Notes: generated by a model not told the origin, from the letters alone. Counted from the stretch's first letter, positions 17,916 through 27,215 are shown. The stretch is DNA of 64,000 nt from an uncultured Candidatus Bathyarchaeia archaeon (GCA_964655075.1 CAZZLD010000002.1:99140-163139), one strand, 5' to 3'. Program-made: numbers and translations.

Positions 17916-18392
17916 ATGTCTAACTATCAGGACGAAGAGAGACTGAAAATAGAAAAACTCATTTCAGAAATTTCTACAAGAGAAAGTTCGACGCTTGTGT
18001 TTTCCACGGTTGCAGCTTCCGTGTCTCTTGCACTTCTAGTCGGAATTTTGAATGCTGATAATTATACTGTAAAGCCTTGGTTTTGGTGGGTCGGATTCTT
18101 GTTTTCAGCGTTGGGTTTTGTGTATCGAGAACTCACGATCCATGTCTCTGAAATACCGAGCTACAAGAAATTGCCCTGTTATCTAAGAAAGGATGAAGCT
18201 TCTAGGATTATAAAATTGGGAAGGTTCATTCGTATGATGATTGTTCGCGCCTTTCTACTTCTTCCAGTTGGTGCTTGGTTTCTTATTCGTTCTGAAAATG
18301 CATGGATTTGCTGGCTAGTTATCACCGTATTTTTGATTATTGTATTTTCATTTGGGTTTTCCATGGCAGAAGAATTTCGTAGAGACCCTTGA
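17916..18392 (+). CDS. Hypothetical membrane protein (about 4 TM)
   Basis: 158-aa ORF with an ATG start and hydrophobic helices (VFSTVAASVSLALLVGIL, WFWWVGFLFSALGFV, AFLLLPVGAWFLI, WLVITVFLIIVFSFGF). Confidence 0.5.
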   Translation: MSNYQDEERLKIEKLISEISTRESSTLVFSTVAASVSLALLVGILNADNYTVKPWFWWVGFLFSALGFVYRELTIHVSEIPSYKKLPCYLRKDEASRIIKLGRFIRMMIVRAFLLLPVGAWFLIRSENAWICWLVITVFLIIVFSFGFSMAEEFRRDP

Positions 18393-18499
18393 ATCTTTCA
18401 AACGAGTTTGCAGTGTTTTAGGTTTCGATCCTGTAAGTTTATTTGATTTATGTTTAACCAGAAAGTCTTTTAGGTTTGCGTGGACCATGTTTTTGAAGT

Positions 18500-19171
18500 G
18501 TGGTTTCGGCTGTGAAGGTTGTGTCTCTAAGCAAAATTCTCGGTAAGATTCAGGAAGAGTTGAAGAAGCGGGAGGAAGTCCGCGTTGAAGTTCAAGATGT
18601 CGCGCGTAAAACCGTTCGCTTGTCCAAACAAGCCATTCTTTTTATGCATCAGCAGCGGTTCAGCGACGCAAAAAAAGCGCTTGCGGAAGCAGACGAAAAC
18701 TTTTCTAAACTTCAGAACTTGGCGGAGGACAACGCGGATGTTTTCTACACTGGTTTAGTTGAAGCAGCCTTTGAAGAATACAGCGAAGCCCGCGTGCTTA
18801 TGTCTCTGCTTAAGGAGAACAGGTTCGTCAGCCCAGAGGACATCGGGGTTCCACCCATCCACTATGTTCTCGCCTTAGGCGATGTTATCGGTGAACTCCG
18901 CCGACGAACCTTAGACAACATCCGGAGAGGGGACATAAAAACCGCGGAGGGAAGCCTCAAAACAATGGAGCATATTTACCTTGAGTTAACAGCCATGGAC
19001 GACGCCTACATGCTGGTTCCGGGGCTGCGGAGAAAATGCGACGTTGCAAGGCGCATTATCGAAACGACGAGGGGCGACGTAACCATCGAAGCGCGGAGAA
19101 GCTCGCTTGAACACTCCATCAGAAAACTTGAAAGCACCCTTAAGGGAAAGAAGAAAACTAAAGCTAAATGA
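18500..19171 (+). CDS. Translin-family protein
   Basis: 223 aa, all-helical. EEYSEA and LALGDVIGELRRR motifs are typical of archaeal translin/TRAX-like proteins (from memory). Confidence 0.65.
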   Translation: MVSAVKVVSLSKILGKIQEELKKREEVRVEVQDVARKTVRLSKQAILFMHQQRFSDAKKALAEADENFSKLQNLAEDNADVFYTGLVEAAFEEYSEARVLMSLLKENRFVSPEDIGVPPIHYVLALGDVIGELRRRTLDNIRRGDIKTAEGSLKTMEHIYLELTAMDDAYMLVPGLRRKCDVARRIIETTRGDVTIEARRSSLEHSIRKLESTLKGKKKTKAK

Positions 19172-19181
19172 GTCACGGAAA

Positions 19182-20765
19182 ATGTGGGAACCAGAGAAAA
19201 TCAAAAGAAAAGCCCAGAAGGACTACGAGAAAGCATGGATGGAAACCGCCAGCTTAGTGAAGAAAACCGGGAGAAAAATTCTCTGGGAGAAAACACCCGG
19301 AGAGGAACATCCGGTCAACAGCCTCATCCAAAAAATCAGAAGAGCTCTGCTGTCCTACGAATTTGAGGAACTGATTAACCCGTCCATAGTTCCAGAAGAA
19401 GACGTGAGGAAGCAGTATGGTCCCGAAGCCGCGGTTATCCTCGACCGAATCTTCTACTTGGCGGGGCTACCGCGACCGGACATAGGGCTAAGCCAAAAGA
19501 AAACTTTGCAGATTCGGAAAATTGTCCCAACCTTCTCAGCGAACAACGTTAAGGAACTACAAAGAATCTTCCGAGAGTACAAAGAAGGAAAAATTGAAGG
19601 CGACGACCTCGTGGAAGAAATCGTTAATCGACTGCGCATAGAAACCGCTGAAGCCACAGCCATCCTGGGCTTATTTCCAGAACTCAAAAAATTGACGCCT
19701 ATACCATCAAAGCTTACCCTGAGGTCCCACATGACAGCCCTGTGGTTCCAAGTTTTAGCTGCTCTACAACACAAAAAACCATTGCCGATGAAGATTTTCT
19801 CCGTCGGAACCAAGTATCGAAGGGAGCAAAAACTGGATGAGACCCACCTCTATGAATCGTATGTTGCCTCCTTGGTGGTCATGGCGGAAGACGTAACGCT
19901 GGAAGACGGACAAGAACTGTGCAAAGCAGTGCTTTCGGATTTAGGGTTTAAAGATGCAAAATTCGAAGTGAAAAAAGCCACAAGCAAGTATTACGCTCCA
20001 AAAACTGAAATTGAGGTTTTCGTGAAAGCAGACGAACAGTGGATAGAAATAGGCGACATAGGTCTCTACTCGCCTGTTTCATTAGCCCAATACGGCATCA
20101 GCTATCCAGTGTTCAACGCAGGATTCGGAGTTGAAAGAATAGCCATGCTTCTTCAAGGCGCAAAGGACATACGGAGCCTGACTTACCCGCAGCTCTACGC
20201 TCCGCTGGAGTTATCCGACGCTCAAATCGCAAAGATGGTGGAAATAGAAGCCAAACCGGAGACTGAAACGGGCAGGAAGATAGCTGAAGCCATCACGGCT
20301 ACTGCGCTGAAACACGGCGAAAAGCCGAGTCCCTGTGAATTCCAAGCCTACGAGGGCAAAATCGCGGGAAAACAGGTCAAGGTTTACGTTTACGAAACTG
20401 ATGTGGGCGTTAAGCTTCTGGGTCCAGCCGCCCGAAATCGCATCTACGTCTACAAAGGCAACGTCTTAGGTATACCAGAAAAGGGCATAGAACACGTGTC
20501 CATCGTGAAGGAAACGCGGGAAAGAGGCGTATCCCTCGGATTCAGTTACCTAGACGCTGTGGCTTCGCTTGCCGCCGCAGAAATCGAAGAAGCCGTAGAG
20601 GCTGGACTAAGAACAGTGAACATTCGAGTAAAGATGGCGAAAAACCCCAGCGACCTCAACATCAAAATCAGCGAAGTAGCCCACCGATACATAACAAGCC
20701 GAAAAAACAAAATCGAAACCACCGGACCCGTCTTCATCGGAATCCGAGCGGAAATCACTGATTAA
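19182..20765 (+). CDS. sepS: O-phosphoseryl-tRNA(Cys) ligase (SepRS)
   Basis: Near-collinear match to the methanogen SepRS sequence as I remember it: KDYEKAWMET, HPVN, INPSIV.EEDV.KQYGPEAAVILDRIFYLAGLPRPDIGLS, KLTLRSHMT, FSVG.KYRREQ, YSPVSLAQYGI.YPVFNAGFGVERIAML, NRIYVYKGNVLGIPE. Start moved from 19107 to in-frame ATG 19182 (MWEPEKIKRKAQKDYEKAW) to avoid overlap with the translin gene. Confidence 0.85.
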   Translation: MWEPEKIKRKAQKDYEKAWMETASLVKKTGRKILWEKTPGEEHPVNSLIQKIRRALLSYEFEELINPSIVPEEDVRKQYGPEAAVILDRIFYLAGLPRPDIGLSQKKTLQIRKIVPTFSANNVKELQRIFREYKEGKIEGDDLVEEIVNRLRIETAEATAILGLFPELKKLTPIPSKLTLRSHMTALWFQVLAALQHKKPLPMKIFSVGTKYRREQKLDETHLYESYVASLVVMAEDVTLEDGQELCKAVLSDLGFKDAKFEVKKATSKYYAPKTEIEVFVKADEQWIEIGDIGLYSPVSLAQYGISYPVFNAGFGVERIAMLLQGAKDIRSLTYPQLYAPLELSDAQIAKMVEIEAKPETETGRKIAEAITATALKHGEKPSPCEFQAYEGKIAGKQVKVYVYETDVGVKLLGPAARNRIYVYKGNVLGIPEKGIEHVSIVKETRERGVSLGFSYLDAVASLAAAEIEEAVEAGLRTVNIRVKMAKNPSDLNIKISEVAHRYITSRKNKIETTGPVFIGIRAEITD

Positions 20766-20788
20766 AAAACCTATATGGGACTCCTAAG

Positions 20789-21457
20789 TTGCCAATCAAG
20801 CTCAGCCCAAGATTCTCCGTGAGAAAGGCACATGAAACACAGCGAAAAATGTCCAAGAAAATTATTCGAGAAGATCAGCTTCCCGAAAAAATCAGATACG
20901 TGGCTGGAGTGGACATTGCCTATGCAGGAGAGACATCCATCGGTGCTGCCGTCGTCCTCGACTTCGGCTCCCTCGCCCTCGTGGAATCCAAAACAGCACA
21001 CTTCAAAACCCTTTTCCCGTACGTGCCCACTTTGCTGTCTTTCCGCGAGATACCGCCTGCGCTGTTAGCCATGAAAAAACTTGCAACCACTCCCGACGTT
21101 TTCATGGTCGACGGACAAGGAACCGCCCATCCTTACCGCCTCGGCTTCGCAACCCACCTAGGCTTAGCAGCAGACACGCCAACAATAGGCGTCGCTAAGA
21201 GTCTGCTATGCGGCAAAGTCCAACCCTTCCAAAACGGAAAAAGGTGGAGCCCCATCATAGATAAAGGGGAGACCATCGGCGCCGCGGTTATCACAAACCC
21301 GGGGAGAAAGCCCGTTTACGTAAGCATAGGCCACCGAGTTTCGTTGGAGAGAGCCATAGACCTAGTTTTGTACTGTGCGCAAGGTCGCAGAATTCCCGAA
21401 CCCGTAAGAACCGCTCACATGCTGGCAAACGAGGAAAAAACAAGACTCAGCCTATAG
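20789..21457 (+). CDS. nfi: Endonuclease V
   Basis: YVAGVDIAY, LLSFREIPPAL, FMVDGQGTAHPYRLGFATHLGL, PTIGVAKSLL are canonical EndoV motifs. Start may be the internal ATG (MSKKIIRED). Confidence 0.85.
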   Translation: MPIKLSPRFSVRKAHETQRKMSKKIIREDQLPEKIRYVAGVDIAYAGETSIGAAVVLDFGSLALVESKTAHFKTLFPYVPTLLSFREIPPALLAMKKLATTPDVFMVDGQGTAHPYRLGFATHLGLAADTPTIGVAKSLLCGKVQPFQNGKRWSPIIDKGETIGAAVITNPGRKPVYVSIGHRVSLERAIDLVLYCAQGRRIPEPVRTAHMLANEEKTRLSL

Positions 21458-21464
21458 TCGCCTT

Positions 21465-22040
21465 CTAACGAGACGACATGGCGATTCTTTCCATCTCATT
21501 GCGCTTCTGAACCGCATAGCTCTTCACGTCCCCTTTAGCCGCTAAAATTAGCTCCTCAGCGAGGCCTTCCTCCAAGGGACGGGAGCTACCAGACGTTCCT
21601 TTTCTGGCCCCCTCAGACAGAAAGCGGAGGGCTAAATCCACCCGTCTTTGAGGCGATATGTCCACGGCCAGATGGTAGACCACACCGCCGAAGCGGATTC
21701 TCGTCGTGTCCTCGCAGGGAGCGGAATTCTCCACGGCTCTCACGATGATTTCCACAGGATTTTTTCCTGTGCGGAGGTAAACGATTTCAAAAGCATTTTT
21801 CACGAGGTTTATAACTCTGGCTTTTTTTCCGGCGCTGCTTCCCGGCCGCATGAGGTTGTTTATGAGCCTTTCAACTATGCTGACCTCGGATTTACGGAAC
21901 CTTCCATGTTCGTGGCGCCCCATGCTGTGAGGTACATAAGTCGGTTTAACTGAAATGTAACGTTTAAGCCCGGCATCTCCTACTTCAATTCCCTCTGAAT
22001 TCCACTTTCCGAACAAGTTAATCTCCGGTTTCTTACTCAA
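21465..22040 (-). CDS. rps7: 30S ribosomal protein S7 (uS7)
   Basis: 191 aa. RLINNLMRPG..GKK, VEIIVRAVENSAP.EDT and a C-terminal KRNEMERIAMSSR-type ending. Immediately downstream of S12. Confidence 0.95.
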   Translation of the reverse strand: MSKKPEINLFGKWNSEGIEVGDAGLKRYISVKPTYVPHSMGRHEHGRFRKSEVSIVERLINNLMRPGSSAGKKARVINLVKNAFEIVYLRTGKNPVEIIVRAVENSAPCEDTTRIRFGGVVYHLAVDISPQRRVDLALRFLSEGARKGTSGSSRPLEEGLAEELILAAKGDVKSYAVQKRNEMERIAMSSR

Positions 22041-22085
22041 ACTTCTCCGCCCTCACAGCCCGTTTTCTAACCCAGAAAAACCTCC

Positions 22086-22526
22086 CTAGCGTATCGGTTT
22101 CTCCTTACGACCGTAAACCAATTCCTTCAAGGCAATTCCGTTAACCATGATAACTTTATGGCGAACACCTGGAATGTCCCCCATGGCTCCCCCGCGGGAA
22201 CCCCCGATTCCTTCGACTATCACTTCGTCGTGTTCGTCAACCATGTTGAGGGCGCCGTCCCACGGAAGGAACGCGGTAACGGTTCTGCCGTTTTTTATAA
22301 GTTGAACCCTCACGCACTTCCGGATGGCGCTGTTAGGCTGCTTGCTCTCAACCCCTTTTTTCTCTAGGACAATCCCACGAGCCATGGGAGCACCTTGTAA
22401 GGGGTCGGATTTCACGTCCAGCCCAAGCGTTTTCCTTTTAAACATGAGGTTGCTCCACCGAAAGCTCTTCCTCTTTCCAGTAAGTTTCCTCGCGGCGAAT
22501 TCGCCTCTCGGTGCTTTGGAACCCAT
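22086..22526 (-). CDS. rps12: 30S ribosomal protein S12 (uS12)
   Basis: 146 aa. [38 protein letters not shown] is the universal S12 core. Confidence 0.95.
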   Translation of the reverse strand: MGSKAPRGEFAARKLTGKRKSFRWSNLMFKRKTLGLDVKSDPLQGAPMARGIVLEKKGVESKQPNSAIRKCVRVQLIKNGRTVTAFLPWDGALNMVDEHDEVIVEGIGGSRGGAMGDIPGVRHKVIMVNGIALKELVYGRKEKPIR

Positions 22527-22798
22527 TAGGTCACCTTTCCTTTTAAGGTCAGTTATGTAAATTAACGGGTACTATTTATGGATTGCCTTTATATTAAACG
22601 ATAACATTTTAAAAACAAATTTATTGACTGAGCATGGAATAATTGTGCATCTGTGGGTTAGGTGGTTCTGTTATTCTCGCCTCAGCCAAGGTTGTGAGAG
22701 GATGTTGAAGATTACTCGAACTGCTCAGAAATTACCTGTGATCAGACAAAGTTTAATAACATCCTTCAAAGTTTCAATTCTTTCGTCGGAGGAATGGT

Positions 22799-23314
22799 TT
22801 GAAACTTGAAATATTTAATGCTAAACGAATTCTTCTAAAAGACGGCGACATAAGGTCCATCGTTAAGATTGAATTTCACCCTGAAGTTCAAGAATGGTTA
22901 ATCGAGTACGTCGACGAGAGCATTGAGAAAGAGTTTCAAGCTTATAAAAACTTCTTCAAAAAACTGCCTGAGAACGGAAGAGCGGAGATACTCGTCGCTA
23001 AATGTGATGGGCAGATCGTCGGGTTCCTTGGTTTATGGAGGCTTGGAAGATACATGGAACACGTTGCAACCGTAGGAGTCAGTGTGCATCCGAATTACTG
23101 GGGAAAGGGAATCGCAACCGAGCTAATAAAATCAGCAGTTGAGCTAGCCAAGAAGAATGGATTTAAGAGACTTGAGATCGAGACCCTCTCAGAGAACATG
23201 GCGATGAGACAAGTAGCGGAGAAATTAGGATTCAAACTCGAAAGTTTAAGGAAGAACAGGATTCAAAAAGACGGATCTTACCACGACGAAGCATCCTACT
23301 TCTTGTTGTTATAA
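22799..23314 (+). CDS. GNAT-family N-acetyltransferase
   Basis: 171 aa. VHPNYWGKGIATELI (acetyl-CoA-binding Q/RxxGxG/A motif) and the overall GNAT beta-alpha pattern. TTG start. Confidence 0.8.
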   Translation: MKLEIFNAKRILLKDGDIRSIVKIEFHPEVQEWLIEYVDESIEKEFQAYKNFFKKLPENGRAEILVAKCDGQIVGFLGLWRLGRYMEHVATVGVSVHPNYWGKGIATELIKSAVELAKKNGFKRLEIETLSENMAMRQVAEKLGFKLESLRKNRIQKDGSYHDEASYFLLL

Positions 23315-23412
23315 ACAAAAAGGCTATGGTAGAAAAGTTTAAATATTGTTGTGCTGTAGAGAAAATTTCTCTTGTAGCAAATATAATGCTATAGAGTGCG
23401 CGAATACAGATA

Positions 23413-24507
23413 ATGGTTGAAGACTGGAAAAAACTTCTTGCGCAAAGTATAACCAGACCAGAACAGATCTCCAACAAATATCGCGTCGATGTAGAAAGCC
23501 TGAAGGCTGTTGTCGCAAAATATCCCATGAAAATCTCAAAATACTACTTTGAACTCATCGAAGAAGTTGACGACCCAATATGGAGACAGTGTGTTCCAAG
23601 CACTTTGGAGCTGCAGGATCCCTACGGCGTTGACGACCCATTAAGTGAGGAGGAAGATAGCCCGCTAACTGGCCTAGTCCACCGGTACCCTGACAGAGTC
23701 CTCATGTGCGTGTCGAACACCTGCGCAACATACTGCAGGTTTTGTACTAGGAAGAGGAGGGTTGGAAAACCCGTCATAAACCTTTCCAATGACGTATTAT
23801 TTGAGCATATCCGATACGTTGAGAAGAACCCTGCTGTCCGAGATGTTCTCCTGTCTGGAGGCGACCCCTTACTGCTCCCAGATGAGAAGATAGAGTTCCT
23901 TCTCAAAAGGCTTAGAGCCATACCTCACGTGGAGATTTTAAGGATTGGGTCTAGGGTTCCCTGTACGCTCCCGCAAAGGATAACGCCAAAACTATGCGAC
24001 ATAATAAGGAAGTACCATCCAGTTTACGTGAATATCCATTTCAACCATCCTCGAGAGATAACGGAAGAAAGCAAGAGAGCATGCGGACTACTGGCTGACG
24101 CTGGAATTCCCCTAGGAAACCAATCGGTGCTCCTTAAGGGCGTCAACGACGATTCCGATGTGATAAAGGACTTGGTTCAAAAACTTCTGAGGATCCGTGT
24201 TAAACCATACTACCTGTTCCAGATGGACCTTGTTAAGGGAACCTACCACTTCAGAACGAGAGTGGAAACTGGAATAAAAATCATCGAATCTCTCACCGGT
24301 CGCACTTCAGGTTTAGCTGTTCCGCGCTATGTTATCGATGCTCCAGGCGGGGGAGGCAAGATTCCAATTCAACCAGATTACATCCTAAGCGTCGAGAAGA
24401 ACAAGATTGTCTTAAGAAACTACGAAGGCAAAGCTTACATCTATCCACAGATTCCGCCAGAAAGAAAACCGTTTGTAACTCTAAAAGTGCCGACAAAGGT
24501 AACCTAG
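23413..24507 (+). CDS. KamA-family radical SAM aminomutase (lysine 2,3-aminomutase-like, short form)
   Basis: 364 aa. HRYPDRVLMCVSNTCATYCRFCTRKR (CxxxCxxC), LLSGGDPLLL, NIHFNHPREIT, NQSVLLKGVNDD, KPYYLFQMD, VPRYVIDAPGGGGKIP are all KamA/EpmB-family hallmarks. It lacks the ~60-80-aa C-terminal extension of canonical KamA/AblA. Confidence 0.85.
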   Translation: MVEDWKKLLAQSITRPEQISNKYRVDVESLKAVVAKYPMKISKYYFELIEEVDDPIWRQCVPSTLELQDPYGVDDPLSEEEDSPLTGLVHRYPDRVLMCVSNTCATYCRFCTRKRRVGKPVINLSNDVLFEHIRYVEKNPAVRDVLLSGGDPLLLPDEKIEFLLKRLRAIPHVEILRIGSRVPCTLPQRITPKLCDIIRKYHPVYVNIHFNHPREITEESKRACGLLADAGIPLGNQSVLLKGVNDDSDVIKDLVQKLLRIRVKPYYLFQMDLVKGTYHFRTRVETGIKIIESLTGRTSGLAVPRYVIDAPGGGGKIPIQPDYILSVEKNKIVLRNYEGKAYIYPQIPPERKPFVTLKVPTKVT

Positions 24508-24517
24508 GGAGACGAGG

Positions 24518-25573
24518 ATGACCCTTAGAGTAGGGCTAGCCTACAACCTGAAAAGACAATCCAGCGCCGACGAAGGATTGCCTGAGGATTTTTACGTTGA
24601 GTTTGACGATGAGGAAACGGTGGATGCTGTAGTTGAGGCTTTAGAGAATGGTGGATGCAAGGTAACGAAGATGGAGGCAGACGAGAAAACATACGGCAAA
24701 CTGAGAAGGTTGGAGCTTGATATCGTCTTTAATATGGCTGAGGGATTAGGCGGCGAAAGCAGAGAGTCTCACATACCGGCAATTCTGGAGATGCTGGGCA
24801 TACCTTACACTGGTTCGGGACCCTTGACCTTGGCTATAGCGTTGAATAAGGCCTTAACTCATCAATTTCTTGAAGCCAACGGAGTCCCGTCGCCCTCCTT
24901 CCAAGTTTTCACAAGAGACGACGAAAGACTAGACAAAAAACTTAGGTTTCCGCTCGTTGTGAAACCTCTGTCGGAAGGCTCCAGCAAAGGCATCAGAAGC
25001 AGCTCGCTAGTAAAAGATGAACAGAGTCTCAGAGAACAAGTTTATGAGGTTATAGAGACTTATGATCAACCTGCGATAGTTGAGGAATTCCTCCCGGGAA
25101 GAGAGTTCACAGTCGGCTTAATCGGAAACGGCAACCTGACAGTTCTGCCCATAGTCGAAATCTTATTTGATAAGCTGCCAAGCGGAGCCAGTCCCCTATA
25201 CTCGTATGAAGCCAAGTGGATTTGGGACATACCTGAAAAACCTTTAGACATGTTCCGTTGCCCAGCAGACATACCGCAAAAACTTGAAAAGCAGATCAGA
25301 CGCATCACAACTAAAGCATTCAAGTCCCTCAACTGCCGAGACGTATGCCGAATAGACGTGAGGCTTGACAGAGATGGTAAACTTCGTGTAATAGAGGTTA
25401 ACCCTCTGCCAGGTTTGATCCCGAATCCAGATGCTCACTCATGCCTACCCGAGGCTGCAAGGGCTGCAGGCTATACTTACGATCAACTTATCTGCACAAT
25501 CCTTTGGCAAGCCCTCAAAAGATACAATTTGCAGCATCTCTTCGAAGATCAGTCTCTAATAAAGCTTCAATGA
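24518..25573 (+). CDS. ATP-grasp ligase, D-alanine--D-alanine ligase-like (paralog 1)
   Basis: 351 aa. LGIPYTGSGPLTLAIALNKALT, VVKPLSEGSSKGI, EEFLPGREFTVGL, RIDVRLDRDGKLRVIEVNPLPGL. Confidence 0.8.
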   Translation: MTLRVGLAYNLKRQSSADEGLPEDFYVEFDDEETVDAVVEALENGGCKVTKMEADEKTYGKLRRLELDIVFNMAEGLGGESRESHIPAILEMLGIPYTGSGPLTLAIALNKALTHQFLEANGVPSPSFQVFTRDDERLDKKLRFPLVVKPLSEGSSKGIRSSSLVKDEQSLREQVYEVIETYDQPAIVEEFLPGREFTVGLIGNGNLTVLPIVEILFDKLPSGASPLYSYEAKWIWDIPEKPLDMFRCPADIPQKLEKQIRRITTKAFKSLNCRDVCRIDVRLDRDGKLRVIEVNPLPGLIPNPDAHSCLPEAARAAGYTYDQLICTILWQALKRYNLQHLFEDQSLIKLQ

Positions 25574-25586
25574 CGTTTTTGATCAG

Positions 25587-26624
25587 TTACTTCCGTGAAC
25601 GTTTCCTCTCAAGTGCAAAACAGATAATGTTTTCGATGAACTCCGCAAAGGAGATTCTAGCAGCCTTTAAGGAGCGGACGAAGCCTGCATCGAGGGATAT
25701 GTCAGGGTTAGGATTAACCTCAAGAACGAAGGGCACGTCATCCTTCAAACGTATGTCGACCCTCGCGTAGTCTCTACAGTACAGTGCCCTATACGCTGCT
25801 AAGGACACCCTCTCCACAGCATCTTTTATAGAGGGCTTCAATTTCGCCGGGCATACTGGCTTGGTCTTCTTATATTCTTCACTCTCTCTAAACCACTTAG
25901 CTGAATAACCTACTATTTTCGGATGATCCGGAAATTCGAACACGATCTCCGAGATCGGAAGGATTGCTGGTTTTTCGTTGCCTAGAATAGCTACGTTCAA
26001 TTCTCTCCCGTCAACGTATTTCTCCACTAAAGCGGGTTGCCTATAGCGTTCTGTTATGTATTCCACTCGTTTCTTAAGCTCTACGGCATCCCCAACGAAG
26101 CTCTCCTTCGTGATTCCTAGGCTTGCATCCTCCCTCAAAGGCTTAACGAATAGGGGGTAACCTATCTCGTCGTTCCAGTTTTCAAAACAGCTTAAAATCT
26201 GATACTCCGGAGTAGGTATACCTTTTGCTTTTAGAACGTCTTTCGCTAAACCTTTGTTCTGACATAATCCCAGCGTTAGAGGCGGTGAACCAGTGTAGGG
26301 TATCCTTAAAAGCTCAAGTATTGATGCCACATCCATTTCTAAGCGGCTTTCCCCAAAAGCCCCTTCACAAAGGTTTATGACCACATGCGGCTCGTGCAAT
26401 TTTAACTCTTTAACGAGACTCTCAACATTATCTTTGAGTGGAAACCTCTGATATTTAAGATCAAGTTTTTCTAAGGCGTCCAGAATATGTTCCGCCTGAT
26501 CTTCAACTTCAGCCTCAGACACATAATCGAGATCTTCGCCTTTAGACGGTTTAGCCAACACATTAAATAGGACGCCAACTTTAAAATCTGCCATGAATGA
26601 GGAGTTCCTATTCCGGTCGGTCAC
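25587..26624 (-). CDS. ATP-grasp ligase, D-alanine--D-alanine ligase-like (paralog 2, convergent with paralog 1)
   Basis: 345 aa. LRIPYTGSPPLTLGLCQNKGLA, FVKPLREDASLGI, EKYVDGRELNVAIL, RVDIRLKDDVPFVLEVNPNPD. Collinear with 24518-25573. Confidence 0.8.
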   Translation of the reverse strand: MTDRNRNSSFMADFKVGVLFNVLAKPSKGEDLDYVSEAEVEDQAEHILDALEKLDLKYQRFPLKDNVESLVKELKLHEPHVVINLCEGAFGESRLEMDVASILELLRIPYTGSPPLTLGLCQNKGLAKDVLKAKGIPTPEYQILSCFENWNDEIGYPLFVKPLREDASLGITKESFVGDAVELKKRVEYITERYRQPALVEKYVDGRELNVAILGNEKPAILPISEIVFEFPDHPKIVGYSAKWFRESEEYKKTKPVCPAKLKPSIKDAVERVSLAAYRALYCRDYARVDIRLKDDVPFVLEVNPNPDISLDAGFVRSLKAARISFAEFIENIICFALERKRSRK

Positions 26625-26642
26625 CGTCGTTTCATTCCCTTA

Positions 26643-26684
26643 TAGACTAATAGACATAAACACTAGACTAATAGACATAAACAC
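26643..26684. repeat. Perfect tandem duplication of a 21-bp unit (tagactaatagacataaacac x2)
   Basis: Read directly: 26643-26663 equals 26664-26684. Each unit contains tagac twice. It lies 19 nt upstream of the start (26624) of the minus-strand ATP-grasp gene and downstream of nusA. Confidence 0.9.
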
Positions 26685-26777
26685 CTCAGAGAATTTTTAA
26701 GTGTTGGCTCTTTTGGAGACTTAAATCTGCCTTTTCAAATGGCTCGGAACGCCAAAAATATGAATCCGGTTAGGCGG

Positions 26778-27215
26778 TTATGTTATGCTTACGTTTTGGA
26801 TTTGGAAATATCTTTTAGCTAGGAATCTGATTCGCTCCGCGTTTCTTCCGTTTTTTCCGATGGCGACTCCTTTGTCTTGGGGGTTCACAGAAACCACGGC
26901 GATGGTTTTTCCGTCGGGTCTTTCGGTTATGCGGATCTCTTTTACTTTGGCGGGTTTCAGAGCATTTTTTATGAACTGAGTAGGGTTTTCTGAGTGTTCA
27001 ATTATCTCGTGTTTTTTCCCGGTCCTTTTCTCCAAATAACGAATGTTTTTACCTCTTTTCCCTATGGCGATTCCTAGTTGGCCGCTCTTTATGACAAAGA
27101 TTATTCGGTTGAGGTCCTCGTCGACTATGCAGTCTTTCACGGTTGCGCCGGTTATGCCTTCAAATAGGGCGATGTACCGCATTTCGTTACTCGTGAACTT
27201 TATTCCGCTAGACAT
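26778..27215 (-). CDS. nusA: Archaeal NusA-like KH-domain transcription termination/antitermination factor
   Basis: 145 aa with two KH GxxG motifs (AIGKRGKNI, AIGKNGRNA). Conserved position after eL30. Confidence 0.85.
   Translation of the reverse strand: MSSGIKFTSNEMRYIALFEGITGATVKDCIVDEDLNRIIFVIKSGQLGIAIGKRGKNIRYLEKRTGKKHEIIEHSENPTQFIKNALKPAKVKEIRITERPDGKTIAVVSVNPQDKGVAIGKNGRNAERIRFLAKRYFQIQNVSIT

Noticed and set aside
19107-19181. Upstream extension of the SepRS ORF (and similarly 48280-48330 for KaiC-V4R paralog 2, 61048-61101 for porA, 60103-60135 for ogg)
   Set aside because: The extensions overlap the preceding gene or lack homology. In-frame ATGs give N-termini that match family or paralog N-termini.
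26643-26684. Considered a CRISPR remnant
   Set aside because: Only two directly abutting 21-bp units, with no spacers and no cas genes. Treated as a promoter-region tandem repeat instead.
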